64,000 nucleotides of DNA from a virus. The translations under genes were made by a program, and so were the position numbers. This document shows positions 56,729 through 64,000 of the stretch, piece after piece. Position 1 is the stretch's first letter. Each line of letters opens with the position of its first letter. The stretch lies in the IMG/VR virus record IMGVR_UViG_3300033693_000005, positions 2,055-66,054 of that record; one strand, 5' to 3'. Under the pieces are notes generated by a model, which saw only the letters and a list, made by a program, of their open reading frames with translations, did not search any database and was not told where the DNA came from.

Positions 56729-56952
56729 TTTTTCAGCTCAATCAAGATTTCTCTTAAATATTCAGCTTTAGCTAATTCAATATTGTTATTATAAACTTCT
56801 TGAAACTTAGTTTCTTTTGCAATCTCTAAATATTCATCACCAGCTAATTCTATTTCCTCTACTGGAGTCTCTAGATAAAATTCTTCAACCGCTGCTAAAC
56901 CTCCACCAACAATAGTAACTGTAATTAATAAACCTACTACAAAATTCTTCAT
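56725..56952 (-). CDS. membrane-anchored protein
   Basis: N-terminal TM. Confidence 0.55.
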   Translation of the reverse strand: MKNFVVGLLITVTIVGGGLAAVEEFYLETPVEEIELAGDEYLEIAKETKFQEVYNNNIELAKAEYLREILIELKK

Positions 56953-56955
56953 CTT

Positions 56956-57456
56956 CTAACCTCCTTTGTGTGTAGCAATATAAGAATTATAATACTCAGG
57001 ATTACAAGTAACTTCTTTAACCTTTCTTGTCTTAGATAAATCTTCCAATATTTCTTTATCAAATTCCATATACTCCCAACCATTATCAAACTCAACTTCA
57101 ACCATAATAAAACCGTTAAAGAAATCAATGTCAGCTACAAGATCACCATAAATACCATATTTCATTCTCTCTTTACCTACATATCCAATAGCTTTCTCTC
57201 TTTGATACTCATACATAGCTTTACTGATGTTAAACTGTACCTCTTGTCTAATAGACCCCTTACCTTCTTTAATTGTCATAAGGTACTGTATATCATCTTT
57301 ATGAGTTTCTTTTCTAACCCTCATTTCTTTATTATCCTCTATTAGAATGTAATATTGGTCTATCTTAATAGTATCAATATAGTTAAACCAGTCTAATAAT
57401 TTTTTAGAGGGTTCTTTTATTAAGAATTTCCTTTCCATCTCTTGCAATTTAACCAT
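56956..57456 (-). CDS. CYTH-domain protein
   Basis: EMERKF, RVR, TIKEG..RQEV, VEVEF. Confidence 0.8.
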   Translation of the reverse strand: MVKLQEMERKFLIKEPSKKLLDWFNYIDTIKIDQYYILIEDNKEMRVRKETHKDDIQYLMTIKEGKGSIRQEVQFNISKAMYEYQREKAIGYVGKERMKYGIYGDLVADIDFFNGFIMVEVEFDNGWEYMEFDKEILEDLSKTRKVKEVTCNPEYYNSYIATHKGG

Positions 57457-57655
57457 CTCCTAAGTTATTAAAGAAGTCTACATCTTTTACTGTATGATAC
57501 ATATCCCATTCAGGAAAATATAAACAGAAGAACTTTTTCCAATGTTTTGTCCTCACAGTAATATTTCTGATAACTGCTTTCTGTTCCAGGTATGTAACTT
57601 CATCACCTATGTTATAACCTTCATTCTGCTCTCTATAAGCTTCAGCTAATTCCAT
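57449..57655 (-). CDS. hypothetical protein
   Basis: ORF in operon. Confidence 0.5.
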   Translation of the reverse strand: MELAEAYREQNEGYNIGDEVTYLEQKAVIRNITVRTKHWKKFFCLYFPEWDMYHTVKDVDFFNNLGDG

Positions 57656-57834
57656 AAAACCACCGTTCCTATGATTTTATTATCTGAATAAATATGTATG
57701 AATTTATGACAGTCAAAGTAAATATCTTCTGTCTCTAACCAGCCATTCTGATAACCTCCTAAATGATTTGGACAGTTATTCTCTAAATATTTATACACAC
57801 AGTCTTTATCTTTAGGCATTATCAACATCAACAC
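57646..57834 (-). CDS. hypothetical protein
   Basis: ORF in operon. Confidence 0.45.
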   Translation of the reverse strand: MLMLIMPKDKDCVYKYLENNCPNHLGGYQNGWLETEDIYFDCHKFIHIYSDNKIIGTVVLWN

Positions 57835-58438
57835 CTGCTGCTGTTAAAATTAAGTCAGAATGTGGTAATTCTTCTATCCATCTAGCGAATTGATGCCATT
57901 CTCTTAATCTATGAGGATGCACTTTTCTCTGGAAATACATGTTAGCTAACTGCTCATAAGATACATCTATAAATCTTTTATACTTAAAACTTGTGCCTAT
58001 AATATCATTTAATTCTTCCCAATAAGCATATTCTTTATTTTTAGGAGCATTCCAATACTTTTCTAAAACTTCATTAGCATTATCCATCATTTTTAATCTG
58101 GCTTCTGTCTCTCTTCCCCAGCAGAAATCCTCAGGTGTTAATTTTCTATCTGTTAGTGTGTGCATCATAGATGAACTATTCTCTGTAGTAGAAATTTTGT
58201 ACGTTGAGTATTCTTTCCAGTGCTTAAGAGGTGCCTCTACTAAGGCTGTTACATGAATCTGTCTCATAAACTTTCTATGACTACTTCCTGCCCTACATAA
58301 TTTTAATGCTAGCTGCTTATCCTTATCTCCTAATTGATTTCTTGTACTATCTGATTTATCTAAACTATCGTGAGACAGCCTAGCATAATAGACAGGTCTT
58401 ATAATGTCTGATACTTCCCAATCTGAAACTTTTAGCAT
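57812..58438 (-). CDS. ThyX-like (flavin-dependent thymidylate synthase fold) protein, divergent
   Basis: ARLSH, HRKFMR, APL..WKE..TYK, S.MH, YFQRK.H.L.EW pattern; canonical RHRx7S not clear. Confidence 0.55.
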   Translation of the reverse strand: MLKVSDWEVSDIIRPVYYARLSHDSLDKSDSTRNQLGDKDKQLALKLCRAGSSHRKFMRQIHVTALVEAPLKHWKEYSTYKISTTENSSSMMHTLTDRKLTPEDFCWGRETEARLKMMDNANEVLEKYWNAPKNKEYAYWEELNDIIGTSFKYKRFIDVSYEQLANMYFQRKVHPHRLREWHQFARWIEELPHSDLILTAAGVDVDNA

Positions 58439-58448
58439 TTCATTCCTC

Positions 58449-58796
58449 CTATTTATAAATAACTTTTTCTACCATTTTAACTTCTTTTTCAACTTCTCCA
58501 CATGCCATATCTGTTGGTTGACCTTCTTGCATTTCTGAAGCAGGTTGATTCCACCAAAAAGAGATATAACTATCCCCAACTTTCCAAACTGACTGCATTT
58601 CATAACTCCATCTTCTTCTTTCACCTGTTTCTTTATTTAATACTTCTCTTATTTCTAGTGATTTTCTTTTTTCAGAATCATATCCTAATTCACTAAGAGC
58701 TTCATATAAGACATCATCTGGAAAGCTAGTGTATTCTCCAATCAAGTCATTACACTTTTCTACTAAGTTATCCATATTCATTTTCATTCCTCCCAA
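58449..58796 (-). CDS. hypothetical protein
   Basis: ORF track. Confidence 0.55.
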   Translation of the reverse strand: MGGMKMNMDNLVEKCNDLIGEYTSFPDDVLYEALSELGYDSEKRKSLEIREVLNKETGERRRWSYEMQSVWKVGDSYISFWWNQPASEMQEGQPTDMACGEVEKEVKMVEKVIYK

Positions 58797-58919
58797 TTAT
58801 AATAATTTAATTCTTCTTGCAATCTTTCATAATCATTCTTTAACTCAATAATTCTATCAACATATTCTTTATCAACATCATCTCTTTTTACCATATCCAT
58901 ATTTAAGTCTATTAATTCT

Positions 58920-59150
58920 TTAGCTATTTTCTGTAGATTTTCCATTATTCATCTTTTTCCTCCTAACTTTCTCTAATGTGTTTTCTTTCTCTTTTAACTT
59001 ATATTCTAACATAATATTCCTGTATCTTAATTCTGAATTATCTTGTATTCTATCAACTAAGATAACTAATAAGCCAAATGTTATTAAAAATAGTATATTT
59101 TCCATTATTTGTCTCCTTTCACTTAAATACCCTTCTACTATATTATACAC
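58920..59150 (-). CDS. membrane-anchored hypothetical protein
   Basis: TM plus coil; true start probably MENILF. Confidence 0.45.
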   Translation of the reverse strand: MYNIVEGYLSERRQIMENILFLITFGLLVILVDRIQDNSELRYRNIMLEYKLKEKENTLEKVRRKKMNNGKSTENS

Positions 59151-59170
59151 GAAAAGTAGTGAAATTTCAA
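59142..59170 (-). promoter_or_regulatory. sigma-A-type promoter (class I motif)
   Basis: minus strand CCTTGAAA-17 nt (..TTTTCGTG)-TATAAT. Confidence 0.75.
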
Positions 59171-59184
59171 GGGTTTTATGTAAA

Positions 59185-59391
59185 TTAATTTAAAATAATT
59201 GTTCCTAACCAGTTTGCTAAGTAAACAAGTCCTATAAGAAACATTAACCACTGTGTAATTGTTATAAAATCATATACTGCTGACTGTTTCTCAAAAGGTA
59301 AACTCCAGTAAAGAGCATGAAAGAAATAAAATACAAACAATGATGCTATAAGTAATACAAATAAAACTGTTAATCCAGTTAAAAATTCCAT
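59185..59391 (-). CDS. membrane protein
   Basis: two TM segments. Confidence 0.6.
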   Translation of the reverse strand: MEFLTGLTVLFVLLIASLFVFYFFHALYWSLPFEKQSAVYDFITITQWLMFLIGLVYLANWLGTIILN

Positions 59392-59528
59392 TACTCTACC
59401 TCCTTTTTATAAAGTTCTTTTTCTAATAAGTTAGCAATTAATTCATCTCTACTAATATCTTCTTGATCTATATGATTCTCTAGTCTTTCAACTAAATCAT
59501 TTGGTAAAGAAACACTTAAATCAAGCAT
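59391..59528 (-). CDS. ribbon-helix-helix (CopG-like) regulator (45 aa)
   Basis: read by hand: MLDLSVSLPNDLVERLE...ISRDELIANLL; GGAGGTG RBS. Confidence 0.65.
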   Translation of the reverse strand: MLDLSVSLPNDLVERLENHIDQEDISRDELIANLLEKELYKKEVE

Positions 59529-59621
59529 TATCTCACCTCCTACACCTAAAACTATGTAATTAACCTACCAGATTCCCCACAGACGGGCAAAACAGTACCT
59601 TCTGTGGCTTTAAATTCTTTC

Positions 59622-59672
59622 AAGGTATAAAACCCTTCATAAAATAATACTACTCTTAAAATCCATTCTCAG
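59622..59672. repeat. intergenic repeat element, copy A
   Basis: AAGGTATAAAACCCTT identical to 15760-15775; CTCTTAAAATCCATTCTCAG resembles the reverse complement of 2839-2856. Confidence 0.55.
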
Positions 59673-59673
59673 G

Positions 59674-59928
59674 CTATCTCAAGCGTCTTATCTTTTTTGG
59701 TGATTTCTTTTTTACTAAGTTATATGTAGCTCCAAACTGATTTCTATTAACTTCCTCTATTTTAAACTGTCTATTTTTATCTAAGTAAATTGGTGCTTCA
59801 AAAGGGCTGATACACCTAATACCCTTTCTATCAATTCCTACAACTAAAAACAATGATTTACCCTGATGATACCAAAGAGTATCATCATTATCAAGTATAA
59901 GTCCTATTGCATACTCTAGTTTATTCAA
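59674..59928 (-). CDS. early hypothetical protein ending PKKIRRLR
   Basis: ORF track. Confidence 0.6.
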   Translation of the reverse strand: MNKLEYAIGLILDNDDTLWYHQGKSLFLVVGIDRKGIRCISPFEAPIYLDKNRQFKIEEVNRNQFGATYNLVKKKSPKKIRRLR

Positions 59929-60238
59929 TTCGCCTCACCTTCTTCTTCCCTCTAATACCATATTGAAAAATTAATTTATCTAATCCATAACTTTCGTGTG
60001 AAAAATTCATACCTTCATATAAACCTTCAAGGGGTGTGAAAATTATCTCCCAGACGTTTATTAATCCACCCACATTCCAATCTATAGTTAAATCTGCTAT
60101 TTTTATTTTAATAGGTTTAGGAAACTGTGCCAATATAGTAGCACAATAAATATCATTTTGGTATTTCACATCTTCTTTTATATGTGCTATTCTTGGTTTT
60201 TTTATATTTCTTATAAATCTATCATATTCTTTTTTCAT
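59921..60238 (-). CDS. early hypothetical protein ending KKKVRRIE
   Basis: ORF track. Confidence 0.6.
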   Translation of the reverse strand: MKKEYDRFIRNIKKPRIAHIKEDVKYQNDIYCATILAQFPKPIKIKIADLTIDWNVGGLINVWEIIFTPLEGLYEGMNFSHESYGLDKLIFQYGIRGKKKVRRIE

Positions 60239-60468
60239 GATAACCTCCTTACTTTCCTCATACTATTTTCTCTTTTCTCAATTATACTATTTAATCTAAC
60301 TGATAATCCAAGTATCTCTATAGTACCACTAATACCAGTCTGTCTACCTACTATCTTACTCCTCCCTCTCAAGTAAATCATCATATATTTTAGCTGCGAT
60401 AAGCTATATTTGGACATATTATAAGTATACAAGTCATCTATAAATTTTCTTTTATCCATATTTTTCAT
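60235..60468 (-). CDS. early hypothetical protein ending RKVRRLS
   Basis: ORF track. Confidence 0.6.
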   Translation of the reverse strand: MKNMDKRKFIDDLYTYNMSKYSLSQLKYMMIYLRGRSKIVGRQTGISGTIEILGLSVRLNSIIEKRENSMRKVRRLS

Positions 60469-60727
60469 ACTTACTCCTTTCTAAGTAAAACTCATACATT
60501 CTTTGCTGTTTTATCTCTTCAGCTTCTCTCTCTTTATAAACATCTACAGAACTACATTTAGGGCATTTTAAAGTTTCTCCTCTACCGTTCACATCTTTTC
60601 TCCAAAAAGAACTTTTTGTTTGCTTATAGCCACAATCAATACACTCATATGCCTTGAAATAATTTACGAAAAATATAATAAAAATAAGAAAGGCTGTTAA
60701 GAAGCAGCCAAAAATAAAATATTGCAT
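60452..60727 (-). CDS. membrane-anchored zinc-ribbon protein
   Basis: TM plus CIDC...CPKC. Confidence 0.6.
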   Translation of the reverse strand: MQYFIFGCFLTAFLIFIIFFVNYFKAYECIDCGYKQTKSSFWRKDVNGRGETLKCPKCSSVDVYKEREAEEIKQQRMYEFYLERSKYEKYG

Positions 60728-60878
60728 ATCTTCCTCCTTTAGTGATATTTTCTATAAAACTCTGGATCTATATGTCTTGAGCTAGCTGAAGTGTGTGGTT
60801 TCTTTATAAAAATACACATGATATAATAAATAATTATCATAAATAAGATTCCCATAAGCTCATCTCCCTTCTAAATAC

Positions 60879-60907
60879 ATCTTATCAGATAAAATATGTA
60901 ATGTCAA
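60879..60907 (-). promoter_or_regulatory. sigma-A-type promoter (class II motif)
   Basis: TTGACA-17 nt-TAAGAT with TG extension (TATCTGATAAGAT). Confidence 0.7.
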
Positions 60908-60913
60908 GAGTTT

Positions 60914-61030
60914 TTATAAATCTTTTTCTCCTTCAGCTACCTCATCCACATGTAAAAAGCACATTTCGTGCATACCATCTATTACAACATCTTCCTCCTC
61001 AATCTCTTGTTTACAGTATCTACACTTCAT
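60914..61030 (-). CDS. 38-aa zinc-binding peptide
   Basis: MKCRYC...MHEMC; ATGA-coupled to the upstream gene. Confidence 0.5.
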   Translation of the reverse strand: MKCRYCKQEIEEEDVVIDGMHEMCFLHVDEVAEGEKDL

Positions 61031-61290
61031 TTTAGACGTCTCACTTTCTTTGGTTGCTTATACTGTTTGATGAGTTTATCTACTTTTCTCTTAATTCTAC
61101 GATACTCTTCTTCAGACTGTGTGTAATGGTAAGTTAAAAACTTGTCTCCTATCTTCCAAACAGTCTCTCCATAATGATAGTCATAAGAATAATGACCTTC
61201 AGGACATTTATTATTTTCTTCTGCCAATGTTCCTTGTATAAAATCAACTGCATAAGTCTTCATTCTTTTTCCACAAATTGGACATTCCAT
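61027..61290 (-). CDS. early zinc-binding protein ending PKKVRRLK
   Basis: CPIC...CPEGH. Confidence 0.6.
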   Translation of the reverse strand: MECPICGKRMKTYAVDFIQGTLAEENNKCPEGHYSYDYHYGETVWKIGDKFLTYHYTQSEEEYRRIKRKVDKLIKQYKQPKKVRRLK

Positions 61291-61291
61291 A

Positions 61292-61669
61292 TTAATCCTC
61301 CTCTCCTAAAATTCCTAACAATTCTATATTGCTAATAGAATTATCACTCAATTTTATATCACTAAAATAACCATTATTTGTTACAAAAATACTAAAACAT
61401 AAATTTTCTTCATCCCAGTAAATATAGCCTTTAAGTTCAAATTTATCCCCAAACATATACTTATAATCAAACTTTATAATATCTTTTTCAAAAAATCCAT
61501 CTTTTACATGCTGGCAGATAGAATCTTCATAAATCTGCTCAGTAAATAGGAACCCTATATCATCCTCATACTGTATAAACCACTGACCATGCCTAAATAG
61601 AAGATTCCCTTGCACCCAAGTATCCTCACCTACTATTTTACCTCTGTATAAGTATCTGTTATTTTCCAT
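61292..61669 (-). CDS. YopX-family protein
   Basis: YRGK...WVQG...ICQ....FEKDII...IELLG. Confidence 0.7.
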   Translation of the reverse strand: MENNRYLYRGKIVGEDTWVQGNLLFRHGQWFIQYEDDIGFLFTEQIYEDSICQHVKDGFFEKDIIKFDYKYMFGDKFELKGYIYWDEENLCFSIFVTNNGYFSDIKLSDNSISNIELLGILGEED

Positions 61670-61738
61670 ATTAATCTTCCTCCTAAGTTATTAACCATTC
61701 AGTTAATCTATCATTTGTTTTTTGTTCTAGTTTATACC

Positions 61739-61948
61739 TCATATTATCTCTCTTTCCTTAATTTTTTTTATAAACTTATCATACCTATCTCTATCTGTTA
61801 CTACTATTGTAGAATAAACAACTCTTTCTTCAAACTCTTCTTCTGTCATCTTTCTGGTGTATAAATCTAGGTCTGTTCTATTAAATCCATCAGGATCTAA
61901 TATTTCTATTCCTTTTTGTACAGCCCATTGTTCTAATGTTTTCTTCAT
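61739..61948 (-). CDS. hypothetical protein
   Basis: ILDPDGF motif, ORF in operon. Confidence 0.55.
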   Translation of the reverse strand: MKKTLEQWAVQKGIEILDPDGFNRTDLDLYTRKMTEEEFEERVVYSTIVVTDRDRYDKFIKKIKEREII

Positions 61949-61949
61949 A

Positions 61950-62132
61950 TTATCTCTCCTTCATATTAAGATATTCTAATATGTACTGTTCCATGTCTTT
62001 TTCATCATAAGCTTCAACACTGTCATCTAGGACAACTTCTTCAACAAATAGCTGCATAGCAAAGTGTAATTTATCAGTGTTAGTTCCTACACATCTATTA
62101 GCTAGTATCTTGGCAATTTCTTTATTAGTCAT
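61950..62132 (-). CDS. hypothetical protein
   Basis: ORF in operon. Confidence 0.5.
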   Translation of the reverse strand: MTNKEIAKILANRCVGTNTDKLHFAMQLFVEEVVLDDSVEAYDEKDMEQYILEYLNMKER

Positions 62133-62301
62133 TCTTTAATTCCTCCTCAATTTCCCTCTCTAATAGACCTTCTTCACTACTCCAGGTACAGTAATATTTT
62201 ATTTCTCTATCTGATCCATTACAATTTCTAGCATCACCTGTCTTATAGTCTGGGCAATGTGGACATTTTATTTTTCTGTGTAGATTATAGTAGTTTTTCA
62301 T
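62125..62301 (-). CDS. small Cys-rich protein (58 aa)
   Basis: read by hand: KCPHC...NC...YC. Confidence 0.5.
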   Translation of the reverse strand: MKNYYNLHRKIKCPHCPDYKTGDARNCNGSDREIKYYCTWSSEEGLLEREIEEELKND

Positions 62302-62311
62302 AAACTACCCC

Positions 62312-63505
62312 CTAGTTATCCTTATAATTATAAATAGGTTTAATATGTTTTCTAATTTCTACAGTCTCTTGGATATTATCTATTATTTCTTGGTAACTCT
62401 TATAAGCAAAGGCACTCTCATCTACTGTACTTTCCTTTACAGAACTAGAAAAGATACCCTTCATACTATTTTTGTAATCTTCAAAATTAACCTCTTCTTT
62501 AGCCTGACTCCTGGACATTATTCTCCCTGCACCATGTGGTGCTGAATAGTTCCATTTAGGATTTCCTTTACCAATACATATTAAAGACCCATCTCTCATA
62601 TTAAGAGGTATAAGAAGCTTCTCACCCTCATAAGCTGATACCGCTCCCTTACGAATAATATTATCATCTCCAATATAATTATGAACAGTTTCCCACTTAT
62701 TAATATCCCCTAAAAGACCTAAATGATGTAAGATTCTATTACCTATAATTCTTCTATTTCTACTAGCATATTCTTGAGCAACTTTCATATCCTTTAGATA
62801 GTTATCTTTAAGCTCATCAGTTAGGTGCATTAAGGATTTCTTTATTTTAGGAAAAGTTCTTTTTATTTTCTGAATTTCACCTTCAATTCTTTGTTCTTCT
62901 CCCATGGATTTTAATTCTTTTATTTTATTATCTATTTTATTTCTCAACTTATCCTGGTATTGATCTTCTGCTGCATCTTGATAATGTCTTGCAATTTTGT
63001 ATCCAAAGTTTCTACTACCCGAGTGTATTACTAAATACTTATTACCTTCTTCATCTACGTCAATCTCAATGAAGTGATTTCCTCCTCCAAGAGTTCCTAA
63101 CTTAGATTTATGGTTTAGTTCATTTAATCCTAAGTCATTAATTACTCTCTTCTCTTCAGCTGTTAAGCCAACTTTAGGACTATCATAATAATTAAATCCA
63201 CTAGGTATATTCTCATTAATGAATTTATCTAGCTTTTCTAGGTTAATATCTATCTGACCAAGCTCAACTACATGCATTCCACAATTTATGTCCACCCCTA
63301 TGACATTAGGAATTACCTTATCTGTAAGTTCTGCTGTAAAACCTATGCAGATACCAGCTCCTTTATGTACATCTGGCATAATAGCTATATTTGAGTCTTT
63401 AAAGGCAATATTATTACAAACTTCGTATACTTGTGATAAGGCTCCTTCTTCAATATTATTAGTAAATATCTTGGCTTTTGTGTGTTTTCCCTGTATTTCA
63501 AACAT
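62312..63505 (-). CDS. rtcB: RtcB RNA 3'-phosphate/cyclic-phosphate ligase
   Basis: MPDVH.G, DINCGM, GTLGGGNHFIE, HSGSR, HN, RKGA, PHGAGR. Confidence 0.93.
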   Translation of the reverse strand: MFEIQGKHTKAKIFTNNIEEGALSQVYEVCNNIAFKDSNIAIMPDVHKGAGICIGFTAELTDKVIPNVIGVDINCGMHVVELGQIDINLEKLDKFINENIPSGFNYYDSPKVGLTAEEKRVINDLGLNELNHKSKLGTLGGGNHFIEIDVDEEGNKYLVIHSGSRNFGYKIARHYQDAAEDQYQDKLRNKIDNKIKELKSMGEEQRIEGEIQKIKRTFPKIKKSLMHLTDELKDNYLKDMKVAQEYASRNRRIIGNRILHHLGLLGDINKWETVHNYIGDDNIIRKGAVSAYEGEKLLIPLNMRDGSLICIGKGNPKWNYSAPHGAGRIMSRSQAKEEVNFEDYKNSMKGIFSSSVKESTVDESAFAYKSYQEIIDNIQETVEIRKHIKPIYNYKDN

Positions 63506-63759
63506 TATTTATCGTCTCCTTCACTTTTAATTTCTTCATAACTCTTTGTAAATTGATAATAAGGTTTCTTTCCTTTATCAATATCTAACATTATATTTTG
63601 TACACTTTTTAATTTCTCTTCTAATTCCTTTTCATATATGTATCTAAAATCATCTAAGACTTCCGACTTGGTTAAGTTCTTATTAAATATGCTTTCTGAA
63701 ATAGTGTCATAAATGCAATACTTTCCATTAGGCTGCTTAATAATTTGTTTACTCATCAT
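63505..63759 (-). CDS. hypothetical protein
   Basis: IIKQPNGKYC motif; first gene after the promoter. Confidence 0.6.
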   Translation of the reverse strand: MMSKQIIKQPNGKYCIYDTISESIFNKNLTKSEVLDDFRYIYEKELEEKLKSVQNIMLDIDKGKKPYYQFTKSYEEIKSEGDDK

Positions 63760-63779
63760 TTATCATCTCCTTATTTAAA

Positions 63780-63808
63780 ATCATATCAGATAGAGCTGTT
63801 CTTGTCAA
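63780..63808 (-). promoter_or_regulatory. sigma-A-type promoter (class II motif)
   Basis: TTGACA-17 nt-TATGAT with TG extension (TATCTGATATGAT). Confidence 0.75.
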
Positions 63809-64000
63809 GTATAAATTTCCAATAAAGAAAGAAAACTTTTCTCACACTCTTTTAAAAGAAAGAAAGTATATATTATAATATTATTATTAATAAGTATTAA
63901 CTAGTGTAATTTATTTACTCACTACGTTCATAAATAAATTACTAATAAGACCTTAATTACTGTAGTTATTAATATAGTTATTATTATTAATATACTCATT

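Noticed and set aside
2419-63530. Opposite-strand track ORFs (e.g. 6107, 13667, 20799, 29093, 34665, 36755, 63288)
   Set aside because: They are shadows of well-supported genes on the other strand, with no RBS or motifs.
1-64000. DGR template repeat, avd or reverse transcriptase; tRNA genes; CRISPR array
   Set aside because: No second copy of the VR, no YxDD RT ORF, no cloverleaf with a TTCGA loop and no regularly spaced repeats were seen by eye.

Overview
This is a 64-kb segment of a large, AT-rich tailed dsDNA phage with a siphovirus-like tail. The host is probably a Firmicute: strong GGAGG RBSs, sigma-A promoters with extended -10, and RecU, YopX, XkdX and SigH-like genes. A diderm and/or halophilic host such as Halanaerobiales is inferred but not proven. 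Positions 1-17.3 kb (+) carry the tail of an ATP-grasp gene, an RlmN/Cfr-like radical SAM enzyme, SSB, HNH-AP2, a Sak4-like ATPase, two HhH-fused DNA methyltransferases flanking a DUF1599/Nmad1 gene, DnaB, DnaG, RecU, NrdH-like, class II RNR, dUTPase, a ~390-nt structured non-coding segment and ClpP. Positions 17.3-47.3 kb (-) carry the virion and lysis modules from terminase to tail tip, including a TAC -1 frameshift, a GIY-YIG gene with five tandem HTH repeats, and a C-type-lectin-fold fibre with a DGR-like variable region but no RT or TR in the window. Positions 47.6-64 kb (-) carry a sigma factor, PIN-PhoH, and a family A DNA polymerase split by both a 308-aa intein and a 195-nt group I intron missed by the ORF track. 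They also carry nucleotide and repair enzymes (Gmk, macrodomain, CYTH, ThyX-like, RtcB) and small early genes, four of which end in a shared (K/R)K(V/I)RR(L/I)x peptide. No tRNA, rRNA or CRISPR array was seen. All family calls come from motif recognition by eye; no searches were run.
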